From NCBI GenBank assembly GCA_022813965.1, contig JALDZS010000051.1, forward strand, positions 1-64,000: DNA of 64,000 nt, written 5' to 3'. The position numbers and the translations under genes were made by a program. Under the pieces are notes generated by a model. It had not been told where the DNA came from, did not search any database, and saw nothing but the letters and a program-made list of their open reading frames with translations. This DNA is from Toensbergia leucococca. Its lineage: Eukaryota. This document shows positions 50,050 to 60,892 of this stretch, piece by piece (position 1 is the first letter of the stretch; every line of letters begins with the position of its first letter).

Positions 50050-50455
50050 CTCCTCGGCCTCGTATCGAACGACAACGACACTTTAAGCGACGACCAAAAA
50101 GATTAAATTTTAGATTCAGTACTTAGAATATTCCATGTCTCCAGTCCATCCGTCTCGTGTGCTACGCCTGACTATGCTAATACCTAGAGCAGGAAATATA
50201 ATTTACCGGCCGTGAACAAAGATCGAGGCTCATCTTAGCTTTTTAAGATCTTTGAGCGTGACTTGTATTAGAATAGACAAGGGAGTTGGAATTGAAGTGA
50301 TGGTATTCCAATGAAAGCGGTTGTAGCCGCTGAGGCTAGCTTGAAAGAATTACGACATTTTTCAATGCAGATTCTAGGGTCTTAATTTTGAGTTTTGATT
50401 AGGATTTGAGAGGGTTAGGGCTTGATAGTCTAATCAGCTAGAGTTCAAGTCTCCT
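50050..50455 (+). ncRNA. Candidate structured non-coding RNA (unidentified)
   Basis: Pyrimidine-rich upstream tract, putative intron 50119-50187, six consecutive hairpins with G-U pairs on the + strand, Sm-like AATTTTG and no long ORF. Confidence 0.35.
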
Positions 50456-50990
50456 TTTCATTTGGGAATTGGAAACTGAAGAAACCCACGGTGTTCGTTC
50501 AGATACATTTCATTTATAGAGTTGAATGCGAGTCGGCCTAAACATAGCCCACACTGAACAAAAAATCTTGGAAATTTCATATCTACAGTCGACACGTGGT
50601 GCTCACAAGCCTCAAGCTATTCTACGAGTACAAAAAGCGACGAAGCCTGTGTCTCTGGAAAGCGCCCGCCTATGCACATAAAATATCTTGATCCTGATTT
50701 GCCATGATGAGTCGCCTACCTAACCCTTTTCCCTTTCAGGCTTCCTTGTACGCCTGCCTGGTATCCTGCTGAGTGGAGTTGAGACTGGCAAAAAGGTGCC
50801 TGAACTCCCTTTCAAAACCGCCTTTGCCTTAGCATCCCTTCATATCAATTTTGAAACGCCATGGAAAAACATATCAAAACTTTTGATAGCGTGCTGTGAT
50901 TCCGCCATAACGCATTTGTCCAATCTCATCCAATATGTATTTTCAGTATCCTTCATTTTCACATTCGACCAGCCATTGCAGCATTCCAAA

Positions 50991-53900
50991 TCATTCTGCC
51001 CACCTGGAAAAATCCAAACTCAACTGCATCAAATTCTCTTCTGCCATCCCACCAATAGTGAGATTTCCCCTCCACTCATCGCCATCATCATATTTGCGCG
51101 CGAAACCTCCATAGGCAGTCCCCACGCCAGGGTATGCAGTATTGGCTGAGCTTCCAGTATTTGCATAGCGCTTCCTCAACTTCGTGATCTCTCTCAGCCG
51201 ATTTCGCCAGCTTGAAACGTGCTCCCCACCGTCGCGAGAGCTCCACGTCAGGCTAAAGACAGACGCGTTGAGCGCAAGCTGACGGACAAATCCAGAAAGT
51301 GCAGAAGCACAAATGAGCTTAGGAACGGCAGCTGGAGAGATTGGAGGAAACGAAGGGAAGCACAGCGTCTGAACCTTGAACCGCTGCTGCTCTTCTTGAT
51401 ACTTCATTGGCGTCTTGCTAGTGGCACTCGCCTGGTCTGCAAATTTGTCGTCCGCGCGAGGAACAAGGGACGATTCCGGTGTAATGACAATGTTCACATA
51501 GTTGAACTGAGACGGGAACATATCAAAATCAAAAGGCAGGCCGGATTCATTGAAGATAATTTTGACATAGTCATTACCGATATGCTTCTTCTTGTTGATG
51601 TATTGCGGGTCATTCTTGATGTTCGTTGGCATCATTGTAGTGATGTGGAAGATGATCTCTGTTATACGGTCGCGCCATGCGTAAGTGTGGGTACCATCAC
51701 AATTTGACTTGTCATCAAGGCCTTGGGTATTGAAATCAGCGGCTCGAAGCTTCACCTTCGTCCCAAGCCCAGACAGAAACTCGTCGTAAGCGCGACTCCC
51801 ACTAGTATTGGCGAGAACGCTTGCTTCAGACTTCTGGGAATTCCCAATATAGATCACGCCAACCTTGTGGCCATCAACCGTACTGTTACGGTCGAAGCTG
51901 TCGATAGCTCGGAACACGATGTCATTATGGGGCAAGACAATCGGCTGCATGGGAATTGGCGTTGGAGCAATTGTAGACGTCAGTTGGAGAAAGACATGGC
52001 TAGGGAGAATTTTGCTGCGTGATTCAGACTCGTAAGGCATAAGAACATGATGAGGCGGTAATGGTGCGGTCTGCTGCTGGTACGTGGCATGCGTTGTACC
52101 GGACGCTTGCCGTTTGGTAAGCCGAGTAAGTCCGGTGGTCACCGCCGTCTCCACGGTCACTATGCTCATTCCTACGAGCCATGTTTTCGTCTTAATTTCA
52201 CCATCCGAGGTACCAAATATCGTTTCCCAGGCACCTAATTTTGGAAATGAGATCGTCTCGCCGAGATCCAAGTAGGCAGTACGATGCATCATGTCCAGAG
52301 TCACCTGACTCTGCTCTTCTAAGATCTCCTTTCCTGATTCGTCTTTCCACGCAAGATTCTTCGCTATCCAACCAACATGCCTCGATCGATTGTGTATCTT
52401 CAGTGATAAGAACCAGATTGTCATGACATGATAGGCCAAGGCGTACACATACAAAGGAAGGCCCTTCTCAGCATCTGCAGCATGCACCGATTCAATCGCT
52501 CTACCGTATTCTCCAGAATTACCGCTCTGACGGAGTGATGTATAGCTCATCCGAGATGCATTTTCTCGCTTTTCGCGTGAGTGATGCAGAAAGCGAATGC
52601 AGATCCCAAAGATGATACGATGCTCATCTTCCCTTAGATTGCGCCAAACATGTGGGAGTCTGGCAAGACCACCTAAGAATTCTAAGGTATCCTTTGCTAG
52701 GTGCGCGACGGTAATGATTTGGGACATTTTCTGAATGACTGCACTAAGCACTCTGTCGACGGATGAGGGGGCCTCGTGACAACATAGCTCGAGAGCGTGG
52801 ATACAGCACTTCGCAGCTCGATCCCACGAGCCAATGCCCACTAGAAAAGTGTTTGTGATATCGTCCAGTTCACCCCTAGCAAAATACTCACGATAGCCAA
52901 GCAACACTGTGAGCGAATGAAACAAGCAAAGCGCTACATCTCCTTTCTTGAGCCCTGAGCTAGATGGTGGTTCGTAAAAGCTCCCGTTATGTAGCTGACT
53001 GGCTACCACCCTACGTAGTCCTTTAATGATTGGGACCGCGCCCGCAAACAATGAAGGGTTAGTCAGCTGCGACGGAAGGTGGACCAATATGTAACTGTAG
53101 ATTTCCCAGTCATCCCCTTCTTGCAAGATGTTTGACATGATTTTTAGCCAAGAGCTAAGCTTCAAAGCAGAACTGTCTTCTGGGCCATTCACGTCTGCGT
53201 ACACGAGTCGACTTGCTTCAGTTGGCAGATCCTCGGGTAACCAACTCGAGTCTGGATACATCCAAAGAGGACGTGTCGGTATAGCGGACCAATCTTTTCC
53301 GCTTGCGGATCTAGTAGTCGACCTCGAAGATCCTACGGCCGGGTTTGCGATCGCAGATGTACGTCCTGTACGTGCTGGCGGTGAATCCTCACTCAAAGGC
53401 GTAAGGCCGAAGACGGATTGCTCAAATGTTTGTGGAGGAGCTGAAGATTCCGTCCGTCTGAGAACATCGGCTAGACCCTGAGTGTCCGGAAGATCCACAA
53501 CAATGATCGCGTGGTCCGAATCGCACCGCAGCCGAACAAGGAACATGATAGCGATCAATCTTGTATTCCTCGGTATGCCACGATGCGACGCCGTGGCCAA
53601 AAGGGTGTTGAAAACCTTGTTGGCCTTGACCGGAGATCGTGTTAGGCATTCCAAAAACAGAATTATCAATGACTTGATAGTAGAATCATGGGTCAATCCA
53701 CGCGAGATTCTGACCGAAGAATGAGATGCTGCAGCCTCTCCTAGATAGGTCATGTTGGAGAGCTTGGTAAGGATCTTGTCGAAGATGTCAATTTCCGCAT
53801 CTAGAGCGTACCGAGTCATGAGTTCGGCCAACGCATTAGCCACCGGTAAATCCGGCTTCTCTACTTCTATACCCTCTAAAAGGGGCATGATGATCTCGTC

Positions 53901-55655
53901 TTGGAAGATTGCCTTGTCGTTAGGATTCAGAATGCTGAGATAAACGTCCTTGACCGTCTGCATGACCCGGCAGCGCGTTGTTGTCGCTTTAGCTTGATCC
54001 AGTACAAGGATGTCGATTAGCATCTTCAAATGAGGCACCCAATTCTGGTCTGATGGGAACACATAGCGCTCGGTTTCAAAATGATCAACAACGAGTTCTA
54101 AACAAGACGCTCCGATATGTTGGTGAATATGCAAGTAAAAGTCCGATACTAATGCTCTTTGATCGGTCGCCATCCTATGCCATAAGTGGTTGAGTATAAA
54201 CGCTAAATTCTGCCACTCCCAGACAATTTCACTGTTCGACGCGAGTTCACAGGCTCGAAGTATCGGTAAAGATCGGTACAGTGGTGAGGATGCTGAAAGA
54301 TTGCTGCGAATACTTCCCGAAGAAACGCTCTGTATGTCAGAAGGCCCATCACCCACGTGACCGTTGTCGGGCTGAGATTCTATCCGGTCACGGAGATTTT
54401 CGAACAACGTTTCCCACTTTTCTTGTAGAAAGCGACTTGCAACGTCATCCTCATCAAGTAAGTAACTGATGGCGTTCATACAATCGACTTCGAGACGAGA
54501 ATTGAACGAAGAAGCCTGCCACAGAGCATCTGCGATCAATGGAAAGGGAATGATGGGCAAATTCCCGGCACCGTTTTGTGTGACAAGGCGCTTCATCATT
54601 ATTATAGCTCCACGTAATGCGCTTGGTTTTATTTTTGGCGGACGCATCCGCGGAGCCTCCGACAAGAGATTCAGAAGAATCTCAAGACTCCTCTGCCCGT
54701 CCGAGGATACTAAGAGGTCTTGAAGAGAGCGCCAAGTCACCTCAACAACATGACCACCCGTGGAAGAGATGGCGCAAAGCACTTCTATACATTCTTCCAA
54801 TTCTGTAGATGGCATTTTTGAAAGAGCAGTAATGGCTCCAACAATTGACGCAGTTCCACGTAGATCATCTTGAGCAACGGTTTTCCTGGATATTGTGAAC
54901 ACTTGCCCAACAAGAATATCCAACTGGTCCCTATCAAAGGCTTCTGGGCTATTGGTGATCACATCTGCCACAAAGAACAAGACATTCACAAGAGCTTTAT
55001 CTTCGGTGACGGAACGTCGAGATCGTTGTCTTCTCGCTCGCTCTCGAGCCACCAGTGCGTCCTCATAACGGTCATGTAGAAGTCGATTTAGAAAGAGAAT
55101 GAGAGCACCTTCGAACGGATCGAGATCACGACCATTATGTGTAAGCTTTCTAAGTGCTAGTGTCTGGACGTTGAAATCTACTGCATTGAAGAAAGTAGCG
55201 ATCAAGCCGAAGAACTTCCATCGCTCCTCAGGACCTAGCCCAGAGTGAGACACAGCCGCCACGAGCAAGGCATACCAAGCTTTTCGCGCTTCCGGAGAGT
55301 CAGTAGCAGTAGTCAAGTCCTCAGCAGCAGCCCAAATAGCCATGAGTGTATCGACAGAGTAGATTTCGATTTCATCGCAGGCTGCTTCAATAGACTTAAT
55401 CCTATCACTAAGCTTGCGTCCAGCATTGAAATCGCGAAGACAGTTTTCTCTAAAAGACTTTTCGGGTAAGGAACGCCTATTGTATTTATTGGTTGAAGGT
55501 GATGTAGGATCGGTGATCTTGCCACTACTCCTCGTTCTAGGGAGAGGTGACGTGCTTGCTAGCCCAGCAGTCAAGTCTTTGACCCTATCAGTCAACGTAG
55601 GAGAGGACACATTGGTGCCAGGCGTCTCGGGGGAGTCATCGGATGCTGGATTCAT
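50991..55655 (-). CDS. TSC2: Tuberin (Rheb GAP)
   Basis: Tuberin domain DWEIYSYILVHLPSQL and LEFLGGLARLP. Rap-GAP domain HKVGVIYIG, IFHITTMMP and KKHIGNDYV. The frame stays open to 55961, so the true start is uncertain. Confidence 0.93.
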   Translation of the reverse strand: MNPASDDSPETPGTNVSSPTLTDRVKDLTAGLASTSPLPRTRSSGKITDPTSPSTNKYNRRSLPEKSFRENCLRDFNAGRKLSDRIKSIEAACDEIEIYSVDTLMAIWAAAEDLTTATDSPEARKAWYALLVAAVSHSGLGPEERWKFFGLIATFFNAVDFNVQTLALRKLTHNGRDLDPFEGALILFLNRLLHDRYEDALVARERARRQRSRRSVTEDKALVNVLFFVADVITNSPEAFDRDQLDILVGQVFTISRKTVAQDDLRGTASIVGAITALSKMPSTELEECIEVLCAISSTGGHVVEVTWRSLQDLLVSSDGQRSLEILLNLLSEAPRMRPPKIKPSALRGAIIMMKRLVTQNGAGNLPIIPFPLIADALWQASSFNSRLEVDCMNAISYLLDEDDVASRFLQEKWETLFENLRDRIESQPDNGHVGDGPSDIQSVSSGSIRSNLSASSPLYRSLPILRACELASNSEIVWEWQNLAFILNHLWHRMATDQRALVSDFYLHIHQHIGASCLELVVDHFETERYVFPSDQNWVPHLKMLIDILVLDQAKATTTRCRVMQTVKDVYLSILNPNDKAIFQDEIIMPLLEGIEVEKPDLPVANALAELMTRYALDAEIDIFDKILTKLSNMTYLGEAAASHSSVRISRGLTHDSTIKSLIILFLECLTRSPVKANKVFNTLLATASHRGIPRNTRLIAIMFLVRLRCDSDHAIIVVDLPDTQGLADVLRRTESSAPPQTFEQSVFGLTPLSEDSPPARTGRTSAIANPAVGSSRSTTRSASGKDWSAIPTRPLWMYPDSSWLPEDLPTEASRLVYADVNGPEDSSALKLSSWLKIMSNILQEGDDWEIYSYILVHLPSQLTNPSLFAGAVPIIKGLRRVVASQLHNGSFYEPPSSSGLKKGDVALCLFHSLTVLLGYREYFARGELDDITNTFLVGIGSWDRAAKCCIHALELCCHEAPSSVDRVLSAVIQKMSQIITVAHLAKDTLEFLGGLARLPHVWRNLREDEHRIIFGICIRFLHHSREKRENASRMSYTSLRQSGNSGEYGRAIESVHAADAEKGLPLYVYALAYHVMTIWFLSLKIHNRSRHVGWIAKNLAWKDESGKEILEEQSQVTLDMMHRTAYLDLGETISFPKLGAWETIFGTSDGEIKTKTWLVGMSIVTVETAVTTGLTRLTKRQASGTTHATYQQQTAPLPPHHVLMPYESESRSKILPSHVFLQLTSTIAPTPIPMQPIVLPHNDIVFRAIDSFDRNSTVDGHKVGVIYIGNSQKSEASVLANTSGSRAYDEFLSGLGTKVKLRAADFNTQGLDDKSNCDGTHTYAWRDRITEIIFHITTMMPTNIKNDPQYINKKKHIGNDYVKIIFNESGLPFDFDMFPSQFNYVNIVITPESSLVPRADDKFADQASATSKTPMKYQEEQQRFKVQTLCFPSFPPISPAAVPKLICASALSGFVRQLALNASVFSLTWSSRDGGEHVSSWRNRLREITKLRKRYANTGSSANTAYPGVGTAYGGFARKYDDGDEWRGNLTIGGMAEENLMQLSLDFSRWAE

Positions 55656-56326
55656 AGATTTTGGCAGAACCTCGGCACTCAAGTTGTTGAGGACTGGTCC
55701 TGGGGTAGCTCCCAAGCCTACACGTAGTAATCTTTGAATCATAGTTAGTGGACATACAAGAGAGATGTATGAATGATATGCTGTTGTCAAACAAGGGAAA
55801 TCATAGCTTATAACAAGAGAGGGAACTTTTGAGAGGCTGCCGAGGAGGACGTGCAAAGTGCCCAAAACAGACAAAGATGACATCGCCGACGCTACAGGTA
55901 GCCTAGCGACTCGGAAAAGAGTGTAATATAACGACAAGGACCACGAGGAACGACTGGGCATACCACCAGAGTTTCCTCAATCATCAGGTATAGCATTGGC
56001 CTCAAATTCCACTGTCTCGACCCTGTGAATGATAGCATTCAGTCAACTTCTCTTGCCGTCACGTTGGAAACAGCTTGCAAATCACCACATTCGACATTAA
56101 TGTCCGTTGGAGAAGCACACTCTACAAGAACTCATGCAGGAAGTACATTGAGGTTGTTCATCAAGTTGCCACCCGGCGCCTTTTCGCTGCCGACATCGCC
56201 TCTACCCGCCGCTAGGCGATAACTTCTGCCGTCTCCGAAGCAAACAAATCTGAAAGTCAACATCACTGTCTTAAAGCTATCCTACTCTAGCTGGCACTTC
56301 AACTGACGTGTCAATTTCTTGACGAC

Positions 56327-59300
56327 ATGTCTACTGATCTGCAGGGGCTGGCACAGCTATTGGTGCTAAGTCTGGACCCCAGGCAGAACAAGCAAGGTCA
56401 GTCTTGGGAAGCTCCTCTTTTTTGAACTCATGCTGAGCTTATAAACACAGCTGAGCTGGCTATCCTGCAGGAGGAAAAAAAGTCCGCTTTCTCTGTATCT
56501 CTACTCCAGATCGTGGCCGTGGAAGCCTATGGCGATACCGCTCGACTAGCAAGTGCTCTCTACTTCAAGAATTTCATCAAGAGAAACTGGACAGTATGCG
56601 CCAATTGCTGCCAAATTAGAAAAGGCTCACTTTTCCTGACTGCATTTGAACATAGGATGAAGAAGGCAACTACAAACTTCCCGAGAATGAAGTCAAGGCG
56701 ATCAAGCAAGAGCTCATTGGGTTGATGATATCTGTCCCTTCGAGCATTCAGTACCAGCTCGGAGACGCGATTGGAGTAATAGCGGATAGTGATTTCTGGG
56801 AGCGGTGGGACACGCTTGTGGACGTATGCTATCCACTGGAATTTATTTGAACGGACAAAAAATGACCATGAACTAGGATCTTGTCTCACGCCTGACACCT
56901 GATAACCCTACAACAAACAATGGAGTGCTTCAAGTGGCGCACTCAATATTCAAGCGATGGCGACCCTTGTACAGATCGGATGAGCTCTTCACAGAAATCA
57001 ATCATGTCCTGGGCAAACTTGGCCCTGCATTTCTTTCTCTGCTAGATGTAAGCAAATGAATACTCCTGGAACAATGAAGGAGATATCGTACTAAAATATT
57101 TTTGTCGCTGTAGAGCACCAATAGGCTTATCGATCAGAACAAGTCGAACAAGCTAGTGCTAAAACAACTTTTCTCCACCCTTAATCTAATTATGAAGCTT
57201 TTATACGACCTCTCTGTCCAGGACCTTCCCCCTATCTTTGAGGATAATCTTCCAGCGTTGACATCGTTACTTCATAAATACTTGACGTACGACAACCCTC
57301 TACTACACACAGATCGTGAAGATGAAGCAGGTTCCCTTGAATTTGTCAAGTCAGGCATCTTCGAGGTATTGGGGCTATATGTACAAAAGTATGAGGATGT
57401 ATTTGGTCCTCATGTTGAACAGTTTGTCGGGAGCTCATGGAACCTCCTGACTACTGTCGGACCAGAAACCAAATATGACATACTAATTAGCAAAGCATTG
57501 CAATTTCTTACTTCAGTGACGCGGGTCTCGCAGCATGCGCAGGGTTTCAGTAGTGCAACCATCATGAGCCAAGTTGTGGAAAAGGTCATTCTACCAAACC
57601 TTAGCCTCCGGGACTCAGACATGGAGCTCTTTGAAGATGAGCCTATTGAATTCATCCGTAGAGACTTGGAAGGATCAGACAATGATACTCGAAGAAGAGC
57701 TGCGACAGACTTCCTGCGGCAGTTGATGGCTCAGTTTGAGAAAATGGTTACAGAGGTTGTCTTCAGATACATAGACCATTACTTGTTGGAATATTCTCAA
57801 AATCCAAGATCCAATTGGAAATCGAAAGACACGGCTGTCTACCTTTACTCATCAATAGCTGCCAAAGGGACAGTCACAGCGAGCCAAGGCGTGAAGAACA
57901 CCAACGACTATGTCAACGTCATTGAATTTTTTCAGACGAATATTGCAAGTGATCTGGTGGCAGGGGCTGATGTGGAGCCCATTCTTAGAGTCGATGCTAT
58001 CAAATACCTTTACACTTTCAGAAGCCAAATGACTAAGCTGCAATGGCGTGACGCTTTTCCATTGCTCGTCAAACATCTAGGATCGGCGGACTACGTGGTC
58101 TACTCGTATGCTGCAATTGCAGTCGAGCGAATTCTGGCCCTGACTAATGACGCCCACCAGCCAATTATCAGCCAAGCAGATGTCAAGTCGCTTTCGAAAG
58201 AATTGCTCGAGCATCTTTTTCAGCTAATAGAGAAAGACCCGGCACCAGAGAAATTGCAGGAGAACGAGTTTCTGATGCGGTGTGTGATGCGAGTACTTGT
58301 CGTCATTAGGGATGGTGTGGTACCAATTACCGACAACGTGCTTTCTCACTTTATACAGATTACCGAGCTCATCAGTAAGAATCCTAGTAATCCACGGTTC
58401 TACTATTATCACTTCGAAGCTCTAGGAGCGCTCATTAGGTAATTTCCTCCTGTATACCTTCTTCTGCAAGACCTAAGCCTACATCCATTAGATTTGCGGC
58501 CCCGTCCCAACCCGAGAAACTAGAGGAAGGACTGTACAGTCCGTTTGGAGACATCCTACAGAACGAAGTACAAGGTATGAATGTGGCCGTTTTTGCAAAA
58601 AGAGCATGACCCTAATCAGCACCTTAGAATTCGTGCCATACGTGTTTCAACTTTTTGCAGCATTGCTCGAAGCCAACCCATCGGGAACCCTGTCAGAGTA
58701 CTACAAGTCTTTGATCCAACCTGTTCTCAGTCCCGAACTCTGGGGTCCTAAAGGCAACGTTCCTGCTCTCGTTCGTCTTCTATCTTCCATCATACCTCGC
58801 GGAGTTTTGGACATTGTAGAGAACAATCAAATAGAAGCCATATTAGGCATCTTCCAGCAACTCGTCACGACAAAGACCAACGAGACATATGGGTTCGAAC
58901 TACTCGAATGCATCATCTCGAATTTCTCCCCGTGCGTCATTTTCCTTGCCGAGCCCAGCACAGTAGGTCTACTAATACAGTATTAGGGAAATCCTCAAGA
59001 ACTACTACCCAACAATCTTACAAATACTTCTCACAAGACTACAAAATTCAAAAACAGAGACGTTCAGCCTAAGATTTGTCCGATTTTACCATTTGGTCTC
59101 AGCAAAGGATGATAAAGGCCTTGGGGCGGACTTCTTCATAAACATTGCGGAGCAAATACAATTAGGGTACATACTCCTCGATGTTTTAAGAGCCTCAGGG
59201 TGATTTGAGTATTGATGCTAACACGGTGCACACAGTGTATTTGCTCCCCTCTACCTTACCATCATTCTACCCGACACACAAAAGCTGGCGCGGCCTCTGG

Positions 59301-59683
59301 ACCGAAAGACGGCAGTCATTTCACTCACCAAGACATTGGCGGATTCGACGGCATTCGTAGAAAAGTACAATTTGAAAGGCTGGGGTTTCACGTGCGAGGC
59401 GCTGTTGAAGCTTCTCGAGAACCCTCCAGTACCAGCAGCGACAGATGATGTGATTGTAGACCAGGACGCAGACGATATGAGCTTCGGGGTTGGATTCACA
59501 CAGCTTACAACGATCCGGGCGCAAATCCGAGATCAATGGCCTCAAATTACCGATGTAAAGAGATGGGTAGGTGAATATCTGCGGTCGGCCGACACGAAGC
59601 ACCGTGGCAGGATTGCTGGGTTCATCAAAGAGCGATTGTCGCCCGAGGCCCGTCAAGCACTTCTCATGTATATGCAAACTTGA
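56327..59683 (+). CDS. CSE1: Importin-alpha re-exporter Cse1 (exportin-2)
   Basis: RLASALYFKNFIKRNW, QDLPPIFED, FEDEPIEFIRRDLEGSD.DTRRRAA, ENEFLMRCVMR, NPSNPRF and EFVPYVFQL. About 8 introns. Confidence 0.95.
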
Positions 59684-60892
59684 AAGGAAAAGAATGAAGC
59701 GAGGCGCATATTGTTTTTAGGCTCGTGGTCGTGAACAGGGTAAGCATTTCTGCGAATTGCCTTCTCCCCGATGCTGTGCAGGTGGCATTTGGGATGATGA
59801 GGTGTTTGGATCCGTTACATAGCCCTTGGCGTCGGTAGACAGAATGACTTGACAATCATACGAGCCTCTAAGCGCTTCAAGCACGGAAATGGGAGTTCCA
59901 ACTGCAGTCGTGAAAGAGGACTTGTAACCCACTTGTTAGAATAACTGTTGACTCGATCATGCGTAACGTCTTCTCAGGCCTTCAGCTCAGGCTTCCCTTG
60001 GCAGATGCTATTCTACCAGTTCCAGGTGCCGATTTACCGGGTAGATTTTCAGCTCAGGCAAGTAATATGTCGCACAATGGCTTGAAGGAAGCAGAAATAC
60101 GGATAACAAGGTGTACGGTGGATTACTGGAATCATGGTCATCCTTGCTGGACCTGCATTGTCGCCAAAAATCGCCGAGTCAGGTTTAGTGCGGATGACAG
60201 CCTTGTCGTGGAGACAGAGTTTATGGACCCGCTTTGAGGCCGGGGGGTTCATCAATGAATCTTCATCGCGAACTGTTAGGATACACCAATATGCAGTGGG
60301 AGAGCGAGGGAATATGGGATTATTTTCGCATCTCTTCGACTTGGTGATGTGCTCTTTCATCTCTGTGCTTCATCTTTCTTCCTCGTTGACATTCTCATCA
60401 TCTGCACCACCAGAGGAGGCATATCTTCTTCGTTCCTCTTCTGGCCATAGTCGAGCCGCCCTGCAGGACTAAGTCGTGTTTGCAAGGTCGAGGGGTGGGC
60501 GGATGGCGAATCTGGACCGCGCTTGATAGCCTGGTATCCATGCCATTGGCTCATCTTATTTGCCGAACCTCCCGGATATGCCATTTCAAGCTGCACATAT
60601 TCTAGCTACCTAGTCATGCATCTGACACCACCTCTAAGGTACTACACGACTGGCAAGGCTGTCTCAAAGGGCCAGTTACGCTTTACAGCTGCCAAGACAG
60701 CCATGCTATTATGCCACCCCACCATGAAATCCATTAGTCAAGCCGTCCGGTCATGGGCCCGACCTTGCGCCATATATTCGTGTCTGCCTCACCCGTTATG
60801 CTCGGTCATGTTGGAAGGCCTCGCCTCTACGGTAGAGCTACTGTTTTTCTTTACAAGACATCTTCCATTGTCGGCTGGGACTTGGAGCAAAC

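Noticed and set aside
50190..50440. U1 snRNA or U3 snoRNA
   Set aside because: ATTTACC rather than ACTTACC and no CATTGCAC loop. GAGCGTGA is present but the U3 box A GGATCATTTC is absent.
50418..50460. tRNA gene
   Set aside because: A-box-like and B-box-like motifs are nearly adjacent, with no anticodon arm or acceptor stem.
59700..60890. Short ORFs or pseudogene between CSE1 and the membrane protein gene
   Set aside because: Overlapping ORFs on both strands with no recognisable homology; cannot be supported without a search.
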